In this document: positions 16,252 through 23,678 of the stretch, piece after piece | How the letters are laid out: each line of letters opens with the position of its first letter | How positions within the stretch are numbered: position 1 is the stretch's first letter | Source of the DNA: an uncultured Planctomycetia bacterium | GTDB lineage: Bacteria; Omnitrophota; Gorgyraeia; JACOVV01 | Length of the DNA stretch: 29,816 nt | Reading direction: 5' to 3' | NCBI GenBank assembly: GCA_964372345.1 | Contig: CAYJQR010000013.1 | Coordinates: 1 to 29,816 of the forward strand | The notes under the pieces: generated by a model | Told to the model about the DNA's origin: nothing | The model's input: the letters and a program-made list of their open reading frames with translations, nothing else | The model's database searches: none | Position numbers and translations under genes: made by a program

Positions 16252-16606
16252 TTACACGAAAGTTTAATAAACAGCAAAGTTCCTGCCTCTTTCGAGCGAA
16301 AAAGTACCAGGCGGTTATCCACAGGGACAACGATGGTTATGAGATTTTACGGTAATCGGCTTCTTTGAGAATAAAGACGTGATGTTGAAGCACCAGTTTA
16401 AAGAGAATCGGTTCCGATTTTAATGCATTAAAGATCCTTCAATCATTAAAGTGTTAAGGAATCTTCCGAAGATCAAAAACCCAACCGTCTTTTTCCCCTA
16501 AAACGTCCCATCAGGGCTAAAACCATCAAAAAATTCAAATGGGAAATAGTGGACGGTACCGTTGCCTTTTGCTAAACTATTTTTTTTGGAAGGGTCCAAA
16601 ATCAGG

Positions 16607-17776
16607 ATGCCAAATGAGTCAAAGGATTGCGAAAAATCAACCCCGAAACAAATGCATTTTAAGATACCCAAACTAGATAAGTTGGTTGGGATTATCGATG
16701 ACGTTATCCCCGCAGGCGAGACTGGCAGAATCATGGTCAAAGGGTTCCTGACATCGGATGACCCAAAGTTCCATATTGCAGCCGACCACATCTCCGCGAT
16801 TCTTCTAAACAAGCACGTCCAGACAGACTCGGTAAATACATTCTTGGCCCTCCTGCATCAGGATCAGTCTGCTGATGTATACGTAAACGACATCGCTATT
16901 GGCATTCAGGTACATGCCAAACGATCACTGGTCAAGGGGGAAGCCGTGAGAGTGAACGACATCGTCGACATTAAAGCTCTGCGTTTTCTGGAAATCAAAG
17001 TTGAGCAAACGGACAATATCATATTTCTGTTCAAAAAAGGGTGGAAGTTCGGGTTCTTCCTCAACTTGCAACAGTGGGAGGGAAAGAATAAATTGGATGT
17101 TGCGAGTCTTGAGAGGGAACTTGGGGATTACTACAAATACCTGGCTTTTGAGAAAGAATTGAAGGTTATAGAGGACAAGCAGTCGTTTGAGGAGTTATTT
17201 GATGATGGGTGGTTCCCGTTTATCCAGTTGCTCGGAGGAGAGTATCCAGAGCTTGGTCACATCTACCAGACAGGTGAGAAATCAGGTGAACCAATGGAGC
17301 AATTCCTGAATAAGTTCGGTCAGGAACGGATAGCCCGTATGAAGCAGAACTGGTGGGATTGTCCCGTGTTCGCTGCCAAGAAAGTAATCATCGAAGCGGC
17401 TCTTTCCTCGTATCTTTTGATGACCGGCACAGGATTTATCAACTGCATCAAGAATCTCTATTCCGAGATTGAAGGAGTTATCCGAGTGAGCTGTCACCGG
17501 AAGACTGGTCAAAAACCCACTTTTTCAAAATTGGTGACCTTCCTGGAACACAAGGCAGCAAATAAGTTCACATCTATCAACTCCCTTGCTTTTCCACCGA
17601 TATTTGCAAAGTATCTCAGAGAGGTGATTTTCAAGGATTTCGACCTTTCAACAGGGCAAGTAGACATATCACGGCACTCAGTGGTTCATGGTGTTGCCGA
17701 GGCTGTTGCATATTCGCGAGCTAAAGCTCTTCAGTCGATTCTCACACTCGATCAAATTTACTTTTACCTCATATGA
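16607..17776 (+). CDS. Hypothetical protein (~390 aa), possible C-terminal HEPN-like Rx4H motif
   Basis: Long ORF in the AT-rich island. The first ATG in the frame was chosen. No clear family match. ISRHSVVHG near the C-terminus fits the HEPN Rx4-6H pattern; this is weak evidence. Confidence 0.55.
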   Translation: MPNESKDCEKSTPKQMHFKIPKLDKLVGIIDDVIPAGETGRIMVKGFLTSDDPKFHIAADHISAILLNKHVQTDSVNTFLALLHQDQSADVYVNDIAIGIQVHAKRSLVKGEAVRVNDIVDIKALRFLEIKVEQTDNIIFLFKKGWKFGFFLNLQQWEGKNKLDVASLERELGDYYKYLAFEKELKVIEDKQSFEELFDDGWFPFIQLLGGEYPELGHIYQTGEKSGEPMEQFLNKFGQERIARMKQNWWDCPVFAAKKVIIEAALSSYLLMTGTGFINCIKNLYSEIEGVIRVSCHRKTGQKPTFSKLVTFLEHKAANKFTSINSLAFPPIFAKYLREVIFKDFDLSTGQVDISRHSVVHGVAEAVAYSRAKALQSILTLDQIYFYLI

Positions 17777-17814
17777 TGGGAGGAGTAACATAATAGTTAG
17801 GGGGAAAATTGCTA

Positions 17815-18336
17815 ATGAGTTACGTGATGGTAGATGTTGAGGCGGATGGGCCAATCCCGGGAGATTATTCAATGATCTCTTTTGGAGCGGTTATTGTTGA
17901 ATCAGCGCTATCGAAAACCTTTTATGGGAAATTAAAACCGATCTCAGGAAAGTGGGAACCGGAGGCATTAAAGGTGAGTAGATTGACTCGTGAAGAAACG
18001 TTAAGTTTTGAAGATCCGAAATCCGTTATGGAAAGGTTTGCTGTTTGGATCAGGGAAAGCTCAAAAGACAGGCCGATCTTCATATCGGACAACAATGGTT
18101 TCGATTGGCAATTCATTAACTGGTATTTTCACCATTTCTTGGGGCAGAATCCATTTGGTTTTTCATCAATGAATCTGGGGTCGCTCTATAAGGGGCTTGT
18201 TCGGGACACGTTCAAAAACTTTAAGCATCTGCGTAAAACAAAACACACGCATCATCCTGTTGATGACGCGAAAGGTAACGCGGAAGCGTTATTAGAACTG
18301 AATCGAGAGTTTGGTCTGAAAATGCAGTTTGAATGA
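17815..18336 (+). CDS. Stand-alone DEDDh (DnaQ-like) 3'-5' exonuclease, 173 aa
   Basis: Exo I motif VMVDVEADGP, Exo II ISDNNGFDWQFINW and Exo III HTHHPVDDAKGNAEALLEL (H-x4-D) are present. An AGGGGGA Shine-Dalgarno lies 8 nt upstream. It sits 38 nt after the preceding gene. Confidence 0.75.
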   Translation: MSYVMVDVEADGPIPGDYSMISFGAVIVESALSKTFYGKLKPISGKWEPEALKVSRLTREETLSFEDPKSVMERFAVWIRESSKDRPIFISDNNGFDWQFINWYFHHFLGQNPFGFSSMNLGSLYKGLVRDTFKNFKHLRKTKHTHHPVDDAKGNAEALLELNREFGLKMQFE

Positions 18337-18338
18337 AA

Positions 18339-18542
18339 CTAGGAAACAGTACTTTCTTTGATATAAACCTCAAAAGAGTTATTTCGTAACCGTATCCCGC
18401 GTATTCGCGATTTTGGAATCCAGGTTTTTATTCCTGCATCAACTAATACTGCCTTTTCGGTCTCGTGTAAGAAGCGAACCCGGATCCAAATGTGTGTCTC
18501 TTGAGGACATAGAAGCCAATAGAAACCAAATGGCCGGATCAT
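18339..18542 (-). CDS. Small hypothetical protein (67 aa)
   Basis: An internal ATG is preceded on the minus strand by AAGGAGA at ideal spacing. The longer 122-aa form would add an Ala/Arg/Ser low-complexity N-terminus encoded by a GC-rich tandem repeat, which is judged unlikely. Convergent with the exonuclease gene, 2 nt apart. Confidence 0.4.
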   Translation of the reverse strand: MIRPFGFYWLLCPQETHIWIRVRFLHETEKAVLVDAGIKTWIPKSRIRGIRLRNNSFEVYIKESTVS

Positions 18543-18610
18543 GGGTTTGTCTCCTTGAACTGGCAGGCACTGACCACGGTCTTCTTGCTTACGTTTAGGC
18601 TTTTGGCGAT

Positions 18611-18705
18611 CTTCGGGCCAGTGGCTTCCCTCGGCTTCCCTCGGCTTCGCCAGTCTCGCCGAGGCTAGGCGGGCCGAGAGGCGAGCGCCACTAGGCGAGC
18701 GAGAC
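18611..18705. repeat. GC-rich tandem/palindromic low-complexity element (GGCTTCCCTC x2, GGCTTCGCC, CTCGCCGAGG..., GGCGAGCG x2)
   Basis: Read directly. It is a local GC-rich patch within the AT-rich island, lying in the 5' region of the minus-strand small gene. Confidence 0.4.
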
Positions 18706-18766
18706 ATGCCTAAAAGTCGCAGTTGGTTTACCTTTTGGGCGAGTTTTTGATATAGTAGTGAGGCCT

Positions 18767-19294
18767 ATGAACATCCAAGACGCCTGGGAAAAGGCGCTTA
18801 AACATACGGAAATTGTGCGGCCGAGGGTGCAGGAACTTTCCACTTTCTCGGTAACGAAACTCTCCTATATCTCTTTGGCGGAGTCGGCCGTGAATCAGGG
18901 AGATACTGTTGTCCGCCGGGGTGAAGTCATGGTGGAAAAGCCCGCGTTGATTCTTCCCGGCTATAGCCCGCAGTTTGAAGGATTCGATTTTGGCGAGGGA
19001 TTGAATCGGGATTTCCTGACCAGTTTCTTTTTGGTGAGGGGGATCAGTTTCCCTTCCCTGAGGTACAGCAACCGGACGGCTTCTTTGGATCTTTGCGAGG
19101 GAGACCTCAAGAAGTGGATCGGACACCATCTTGAAGAATTACAGAGGCAGGAAGATGTTCACACTGGGCTCATCACAGGCCCCGAAGACTGTTGGCAGTT
19201 TTCCGTGATGGTCTTCATCGCCAGTCAGGTAACCAAACAAGCCGAAGGGGATATTCGAAAACTCTTAGACCGGCATCGGAAAAACAGTAACTAG
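18767..19294 (+). CDS. Hypothetical protein (175 aa)
   Basis: ORF with the ATG after an AGTGAGG Shine-Dalgarno-like stretch. Followed by a hairpin+T-tract terminator. No family recognised. Confidence 0.55.
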   Translation: MNIQDAWEKALKHTEIVRPRVQELSTFSVTKLSYISLAESAVNQGDTVVRRGEVMVEKPALILPGYSPQFEGFDFGEGLNRDFLTSFFLVRGISFPSLRYSNRTASLDLCEGDLKKWIGHHLEELQRQEDVHTGLITGPEDCWQFSVMVFIASQVTKQAEGDIRKLLDRHRKNSN

Positions 19295-19323
19295 TGTTTC
19301 GTGGTTTTCGCTTTTACGAAAGA

Positions 19324-19381
19324 CGAGGGACGTGGGACGAAAAATCGTCCATCGTCCTACATCCTTCGTCCCTCGGTTTTT
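19324..19381 (+). terminator. Rho-independent terminator: CGAGGGACG...CGTCCCTCG stem (with nested GGACGA-AAAA-TCGTCC hairpin) followed by GTTTTT
   Basis: A 9-bp GC-rich outer stem and a T-run lie immediately upstream of tRNA-Ser(CGA). Confidence 0.5.
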
Positions 19382-19383
19382 AA

Positions 19384-19471
19384 GGAGAGGTGTCCGAGCG
19401 GCCGAAGGAGCCGGTCTCGAAAACCGGTAGAGGCTTTAAGCTTCTCGTGAGTTCGAATCTCACCCTCTCCG
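19384..19471 (+). tRNA. tRNA-Ser (anticodon CGA), long variable arm, no encoded CCA
   Basis: Acceptor GGAGAGG/CCTCTCC. Anticodon stem CCGGT/ACCGG with loop CTCGAAA. T-arm GTGAG-TTCGAAT-CTCAC. Discriminator G. Confidence 0.85.
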
Positions 19472-19525
19472 TTCTTCTTCGCCCTTCACCAACTGAGATG
19501 ATGGTAGGGCTTCGAAGCAACGATC
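19472..19525 (+). repeat. tRNA 3'-trailer element, copy 1 (TTCTTCTTCGCCC...GATGATGGTAGGGCTTCGAAG)
   Basis: Shares its core with 19613..19665 and 22884..22935, and partly with 21778..21806. Confidence 0.5.
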
Positions 19526-19537
19526 GACGGCCTTTAC

Positions 19538-19612
19538 GCGCCAATAGCTCAGCCCGGATAGAGCACCTGCCTACGAAGCAGGTTGCCGCAGGTTCAAATC
19601 CTGCTTGGCGCA
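19538..19612 (+). tRNA. tRNA-Arg (anticodon ACG)
   Basis: Acceptor GCGCCAA/TTGGCGC. D-arm GCTC...GAGC. Anticodon stem CCTGC/GCAGG with loop CTACGAA. T-arm GCAGG-TTCAAAT-CCTGC. Discriminator A. Confidence 0.85.
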
Positions 19613-19665
19613 TTCTTCTTCGCCGTTCGACAAGAAAGATGATGGTACGGCTTCGAAGGAATATG
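19613..19665 (+). repeat. tRNA 3'-trailer element, copy 2 (TTCTTCTTCGCCG...GATGATGGTACGGCTTCGAAG)
   Basis: See copy 1. Confidence 0.5.
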
Positions 19666-19784
19666 TTCCTGCGAAGCCCCACCGAGATTTTTCTCTTGTG
19701 TGGGGCGTAGAAGAATTCGATTCCCCTTGTGGATGGAATCTCTCCCGTGATAAAACTATAGATACCAAGAAAGGGGAGAACACT

Positions 19785-20609
19785 ATGAAAACTTACCAAT
19801 CGTTGCTAACGTTACCTTTTATCTTATTAGGAGCTGTTTCCTTAACTGGCTGCGCGGTGATCGAAGACGGCCAGACCGGCATCCGTAAAACCATGGGGAA
19901 GATTGAAGATCAGCCGCTTTCAAGCGGTATCCAGGCCAATATTCCGTTCTTCGCGGAAGTAGAGACTTGGAACACCAAGGTTCAAGAGGTCAAAGAGAGC
20001 GCCGACGTCCCAAGTTCCGAAGGACTGATTGTTCAGTTGGATATCAGCTTGCTCTTTCGTATCGAACCGCAAAATGCTCCTTTAGTCCGTAAGACTATCG
20101 GCCCTTATTACCGGCAGACGGTCATCGAGCCCTACATTCGCGACGCCGTCCGCTTAGTAGTCAGCGCGTATCCGGTGAAAGCGACGTATAGTGAAGAAGG
20201 AAGAGCGAAGATTTCTAAAGAGGTCCTTGCTCATTTAAAGGAAAAATTGGAGCCCAGGGGAATTACCGTTGGAGACGTCCTGTTGCGGGATATTCGCTTG
20301 CCACAGCGGTTCAAGGAAAGTATCGAGGCCAAATTGCAGGCGGAACAACAAGCGCTCCAAAAGGAGTTTGAGCTGCTGAAAGCCAAGAAAGACGCCGAGA
20401 TTGAGATCGCCAGAGCCGAGGGAACCGCCAAGGCGCAGGAGATTATTCAGGCGACTCTTTCTCCCCAGTATCTTCAATATCTCTGGGTGAAAAACTTGCA
20501 GGATAATCAGAATGTGACTTATGTGGCGACTGAGGCCAACATGCCGCTCTTTAAATCAGTGGAGGGGGCTTACAAGATCGGGGCGCGGCCTTCTAAATCC
20601 GGAGAATAG
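19785..20609 (+). CDS. SPFH/Band-7 (HflK/C-like) domain lipoprotein
   Basis: A GGGGAG Shine-Dalgarno precedes the ATG. Lipobox-type signal MKTYQSLLTLPFILLGAVSLTGC. SPFH core ...DGQTGIRKTMGKI...GLIVQLDISLLFRIEPQNAPLV.... The C-terminus is coiled-coil-like and E/K/A-rich. The longer upstream start (19605) would read through two tRNA genes and was rejected. Confidence 0.8.
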   Translation: MKTYQSLLTLPFILLGAVSLTGCAVIEDGQTGIRKTMGKIEDQPLSSGIQANIPFFAEVETWNTKVQEVKESADVPSSEGLIVQLDISLLFRIEPQNAPLVRKTIGPYYRQTVIEPYIRDAVRLVVSAYPVKATYSEEGRAKISKEVLAHLKEKLEPRGITVGDVLLRDIRLPQRFKESIEAKLQAEQQALQKEFELLKAKKDAEIEIARAEGTAKAQEIIQATLSPQYLQYLWVKNLQDNQNVTYVATEANMPLFKSVEGAYKIGARPSKSGE

Positions 20610-20613
20610 GGGC

Positions 20614-21093
20614 TTGGCTTTTTTAGATCTTTCTCAGATCGATCAACATTACATGCGCGAGGCGCTCAAGCAGGCCAAGCGAGCGGGAGAGTCAGGAGAG
20701 GTTCCGATCGGCGCTGTGATCGTGCGTAAGAACCAAATCATTGCTCGTGCCTACAATCAAGTTGAATTGTTGCGTGACCCAACCGCCCACGCGGAGATGA
20801 TCGCCATTACTCAGGCGGCCGATCATTTCAAAAATGAACGGCTCTTGGACACGTGGATTTACAGCACCATCGAACCGTGCGCCATGTGCGCCGGGGCGAT
20901 GGTGCTGGCACGGATCAGCCGGCTCGTTTACGGCGCTGCTGACCCTAAGGCCGGCGCGTGCGGCTCGGTGATTAATGTGGTCCGGACCGGAAAACTGAAT
21001 CACCAGCTTGAAATCACGCGCGGCGTCTTAGAGGAAGAGTGCCGGCTGATGATTCAGGCGTTTTTCCAAGAGCGGAGACGGAAAACCAAGTGA
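20614..21093 (+). CDS. tadA: tRNA-specific adenosine deaminase TadA
   Basis: CDA zinc motifs HAEMIAI and PCAMCAGAM are present. N-terminal ...DQHYMREALKQAKRAGESGEVPIGAVIV follows the TadA pattern. Starting at TTG 20614 (a GGAG lies upstream) or ATG 20653 is equally plausible. The 20521 start overlaps the upstream gene and was rejected. Confidence 0.75.
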   Translation: MAFLDLSQIDQHYMREALKQAKRAGESGEVPIGAVIVRKNQIIARAYNQVELLRDPTAHAEMIAITQAADHFKNERLLDTWIYSTIEPCAMCAGAMVLARISRLVYGAADPKAGACGSVINVVRTGKLNHQLEITRGVLEEECRLMIQAFFQERRRKTK

Positions 21094-21692
21094 GAATTAA
21101 AAATCTCCGCAAAAAAATGCTCTACCCCCTGGTGATCGCGCTGCTGGTAGTCGCTTCTTCTCGCGAGAACAATAAAATGGGCATAGGGATCATCGCCATA
21201 GGAAGCATTATCCGCGTTTGGGCGGCGGGGTACCTCATTAAGAAAAACCAATTAATTACGGCGGGGCCGTACCGGTTTATCCGCAATCCCCTCTATTTTG
21301 GCAGTTTTTTAATCGGCCTGGGATTTTGTCTGATGGTGAATCATCCAACGCTGGCGATTTGCTTCACGTTCCTTTTCTTACTAGTCTATTTTGAACAGGT
21401 CAGTCAGGAACAGATTGATCTGATTCGCATCTACGGGAAAGAATATGAATCTTACTGCCAGAAGGTTCCTGGGTTTTATCCACGGCTTTTCCCTCCCGGC
21501 ATCGAAGCCAATGGGAGTTTTTCCTGGCGTCAGGTCTGGAAAAACAGGGAGTATAACGCGGTCGCGGGAGTTTTGTTTTTACTGTTATTAATGGATATTG
21601 TCGAGGATGTTATTCGTCCGGTGATCTATCAGCGTATCCCATTACAGGCGGCCTGGGAGCATTATCTTCGGCACATTTTTAAAGTAACTTAA
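21090..21692 (+). CDS. Isoprenylcysteine carboxyl methyltransferase (ICMT)/PEMT-family membrane methyltransferase
   Basis: GPYRFIRNPLYFG is the family signature. Multi-TM. The GTG start overlaps the tadA stop (GTGA). An alternative ATG lies at 21117. Confidence 0.65.
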   Translation: MRIKNLRKKMLYPLVIALLVVASSRENNKMGIGIIAIGSIIRVWAAGYLIKKNQLITAGPYRFIRNPLYFGSFLIGLGFCLMVNHPTLAICFTFLFLLVYFEQVSQEQIDLIRIYGKEYESYCQKVPGFYPRLFPPGIEANGSFSWRQVWKNREYNAVAGVLFLLLLMDIVEDVIRPVIYQRIPLQAAWEHYLRHIFKVT

Positions 21693-21777
21693 GGAGAGGT
21701 GTCCGAGCGGCCGAAGGAGCGCGCTTGGAAAGCGCGTGTACGGCAACGTACCGTGGGTTCGAATCCCACCCTCTCCG
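21693..21777 (+). tRNA. tRNA-Ser (anticodon GGA), long variable arm, no encoded CCA
   Basis: Acceptor GGAGAGG/CCTCTCC. Anticodon stem CGCGC/GCGCG with loop TTGGAAA. T-arm GTGGG-TTCGAAT-CCCAC. Discriminator G. Abuts the upstream stop codon. Confidence 0.85.
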
Positions 21778-21808
21778 TTCTTCTTCGCCCCCACGGTGGG
21801 GCTTCGCT

Positions 21809-21979
21809 ATGTCCATAAAAATAACTTTTGATAATAATTTTTGGGAATCTTATGAACAATTGGATGCAGAGCAAAACGATATCTTCATCCACGCCTTCAC
21901 ATCACATCGGTTTTCGTTCTATCCAACGAACGAATTCTTAGAGAAGACGCTTGCGCTCTATAATGGCGAAACTCAATAA
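21809..21979 (+). CDS. Small hypothetical protein (56 aa)
   Basis: An ATG-initiated ORF just after tRNA-Ser(GGA), with no recognisable features. The longer ORF from 21725 would run through the tRNA. Confidence 0.25.
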   Translation: MSIKITFDNNFWESYEQLDAEQNDIFIHAFTSHRFSFYPTNEFLEKTLALYNGETQ

Positions 21980-22049
21980 TTTGAGAACAATTCAGACGAT
22001 TTCACCCATCACCATCAATCAGTAAGAAAAGCCGGAATCGTTTCCACAA

Positions 22050-22433
22050 TTATGCCACAGTGACTAAACCATTGCCGAAATCTACCGTCAGTTTTCGCTT
22101 CCGGAAGAAATCCAGCCCAAGAACACCGTCCACGGTGGCGCTAGGAGGGAGCGTGTGGCAGAGAACAGAAAAATCGTTATGGGTCAATTCGAACGCCTGG
22201 ATTTTATGCAGTTTTATTTGTGGAACGAATTCTACCCCACTGCCGGTGGTCATTTGGATCCTGTTTGAGATAGAAGCAGGATCATAGCCCAGTAGAACAA
22301 TCAAATCCCAGTTAACCATCGTTTGGGTTGCGCCGGTATCTAGGGCAAGGCGGACGATGGTGTCACCGCTAGGGCCGTGTAGCCGTGTGGGGACGATGAT
22401 GAGACCTTTTTGGGGATCAAAAGGAAGGTTCAC
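22050..22433 (-). CDS. Retropepsin-like (clan AA) aspartic protease
   Basis: LALDTGATQTMVNWDL carries the D-T-G-A active-site motif. About 127 aa. GTG start overlapping the upstream gene stop (GTGA). Confidence 0.65.
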   Translation of the reverse strand: MNLPFDPQKGLIIVPTRLHGPSGDTIVRLALDTGATQTMVNWDLIVLLGYDPASISNRIQMTTGSGVEFVPQIKLHKIQAFELTHNDFSVLCHTLPPSATVDGVLGLDFFRKRKLTVDFGNGLVTVA

Positions 22434-22657
22434 AGGACAACTACTGTCTCGTCGGGAAGAAAACCGGTGTACAGGATAGCCGAGTGTCTGGGGCGCAATT
22501 GTCTGGCTTTTCGGTAGACCTCATCACGGTCTTTGCTATGGCACAGAACGGTCCCTTTTTTGATTTGTAAATCTTCGCCGGTCTCTGGACTGTCCACTAG
22601 TACCCACTCTGAATCGAACCTGGATTGGATTTCAGAAAAAGTCAAAGTCTCACTCAT
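22430..22657 (-). CDS. Small protein (75 aa) translationally coupled to the retropepsin-like protease
   Basis: A strong GGAGGTGA Shine-Dalgarno lies 6 nt upstream on the minus strand. Its stop overlaps the protease start. Confidence 0.55.
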   Translation of the reverse strand: MSETLTFSEIQSRFDSEWVLVDSPETGEDLQIKKGTVLCHSKDRDEVYRKARQLRPRHSAILYTGFLPDETVVVL

Positions 22658-22867
22658 TGTTCTTCACCTCCACCTATAAACAATTTTACCATAAGTGGTG
22701 AGATTGTCGAACCAAATTTGTGCCCAAATTGTGTCCAAACTACTTCAAACCCCATCGCAATAGATAGAACCAATGTAAACAGTAGAAAGTGATAACTGCT
22801 TGAAATTTCAGCAGGATTCGTTTATCCTGTTGTACAGTCGGAGGTTGGGAAAAATGGCGTTTGAAGG

Positions 22868-22935
22868 ATTCCCACCCTCTCCGTTCTGCTTCGCCCTGCG
22901 CAAAGTAAGATGATGGTAGGGCCTCGAAGGAACAA
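22868..22935 (+). repeat. Orphan tRNA-Ser(GGA) 3'-end fragment plus trailer element copy 3
   Basis: GATTCCCACCCTCTCCG (T-loop end, T-stem 3' half, acceptor 3' half, discriminator) is followed by TTCTGCTTCGCCC...GATGATGGTAGGGCCTCGAAGG. It is a direct repeat of 21763..21790, and no tRNA 5' half lies upstream. Confidence 0.55.
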
Positions 22936-22958
22936 GTTCTGTAACGTTTCTACGTAAA

Positions 22959-23678
22959 ATGAAGGCTCTGATTGTCAAGAATGTTTCGGAAGAATGCCCT
23001 GGGTTATTAGAGGAAGTGCTGGCGGAACGCCGTTCCTCCTTTGACACGATTGACCTTGATCAAGGGGATGTTTTTCCGAACCCTCTAAAGTACTCGGCCC
23101 TTTTTGTTTTTGGCGGCCCCGACAGCGCCAATGATTTTACCCCAAAGATTCAAGGCGAACTCCAGAGAATTCGAGAAGCGTTAGATGCCGGCATCCCTTA
23201 TCTGGGGGTCTGCCTGGGGATGCAATTATTAGTGAAGGCCTCGGGAGGAGAAGTCTATCGCAACCCCGTCAAAGAGGTCGGATGGAAGGGGCCGGAGGGA
23301 GATTATTTTTCTATTGAACTCACTGAGGAAGGACATTCGGATCTCCTTTTTAAAGGGATATCTTCTCCTTTAAAGATATTCCAAATTCACGGAGAAACTG
23401 TCCGGCTGACAAAAAAGATGACGTTACTGGCCCGGGGGAGGTATTGTAAAAATCAAGCGGTGAAAGTCGGCGATACCGCCTACGGCATTCAAGGGCATTT
23501 AGAGCTGACTCCTGCCATGTTTGAAGAGTGGCTGACCCAGGATGACGACCTAAAAAAAGTCAACCCTATCTCTTTAAAAAAAGATTACCGGGTTGTCCGA
23601 GTGGAGTACGAAAGGAACGGGAGAGCTATTTTGAATAATTTTCTAGAACTGGCCAGGATAAAGGCGCCGCAATGTTAA
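22959..23678 (+). CDS. Class I glutamine amidotransferase-like protein (GATase1)
   Basis: Nucleophile elbow GVCLGMQLL (G-x-C-x-G) and ...IQGHLE (His) are present. 239 aa. Confidence 0.75.
   Translation: MKALIVKNVSEECPGLLEEVLAERRSSFDTIDLDQGDVFPNPLKYSALFVFGGPDSANDFTPKIQGELQRIREALDAGIPYLGVCLGMQLLVKASGGEVYRNPVKEVGWKGPEGDYFSIELTEEGHSDLLFKGISSPLKIFQIHGETVRLTKKMTLLARGRYCKNQAVKVGDTAYGIQGHLELTPAMFEEWLTQDDDLKKVNPISLKKDYRVVRVEYERNGRAILNNFLELARIKAPQC

Noticed and set aside
18623-18651. Possible CRISPR array (GGCTTCCCTC repeats)
   Set aside because: Only about 2.5 contiguous 10-nt units with no spacers, far below CRISPR repeat/spacer dimensions. No cas genes are present (the Cas4-like nuclease is in an Mrr context).
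18543-18707. Long N-terminal form (122 aa) of the minus-strand small gene
   Set aside because: The extra 55 codons are encoded by the GC-rich tandem repeat and give low-complexity ARLSARLASARLA sequence. A strong AAGGAGA Shine-Dalgarno precedes the internal ATG.
6788-19383. Integrase/transposase or IS element defining the island
   Set aside because: No ORF in the island shows tyrosine/serine recombinase or DDE transposase motifs, so mobility cannot be asserted from this window.
19390-19710. 106-aa + strand ORF spanning 19390..19710
   Set aside because: It runs straight through tRNA-Ser(CGA), tRNA-Arg(ACG) and their trailers, so it is an artefact of tRNA sequence being open in one frame.
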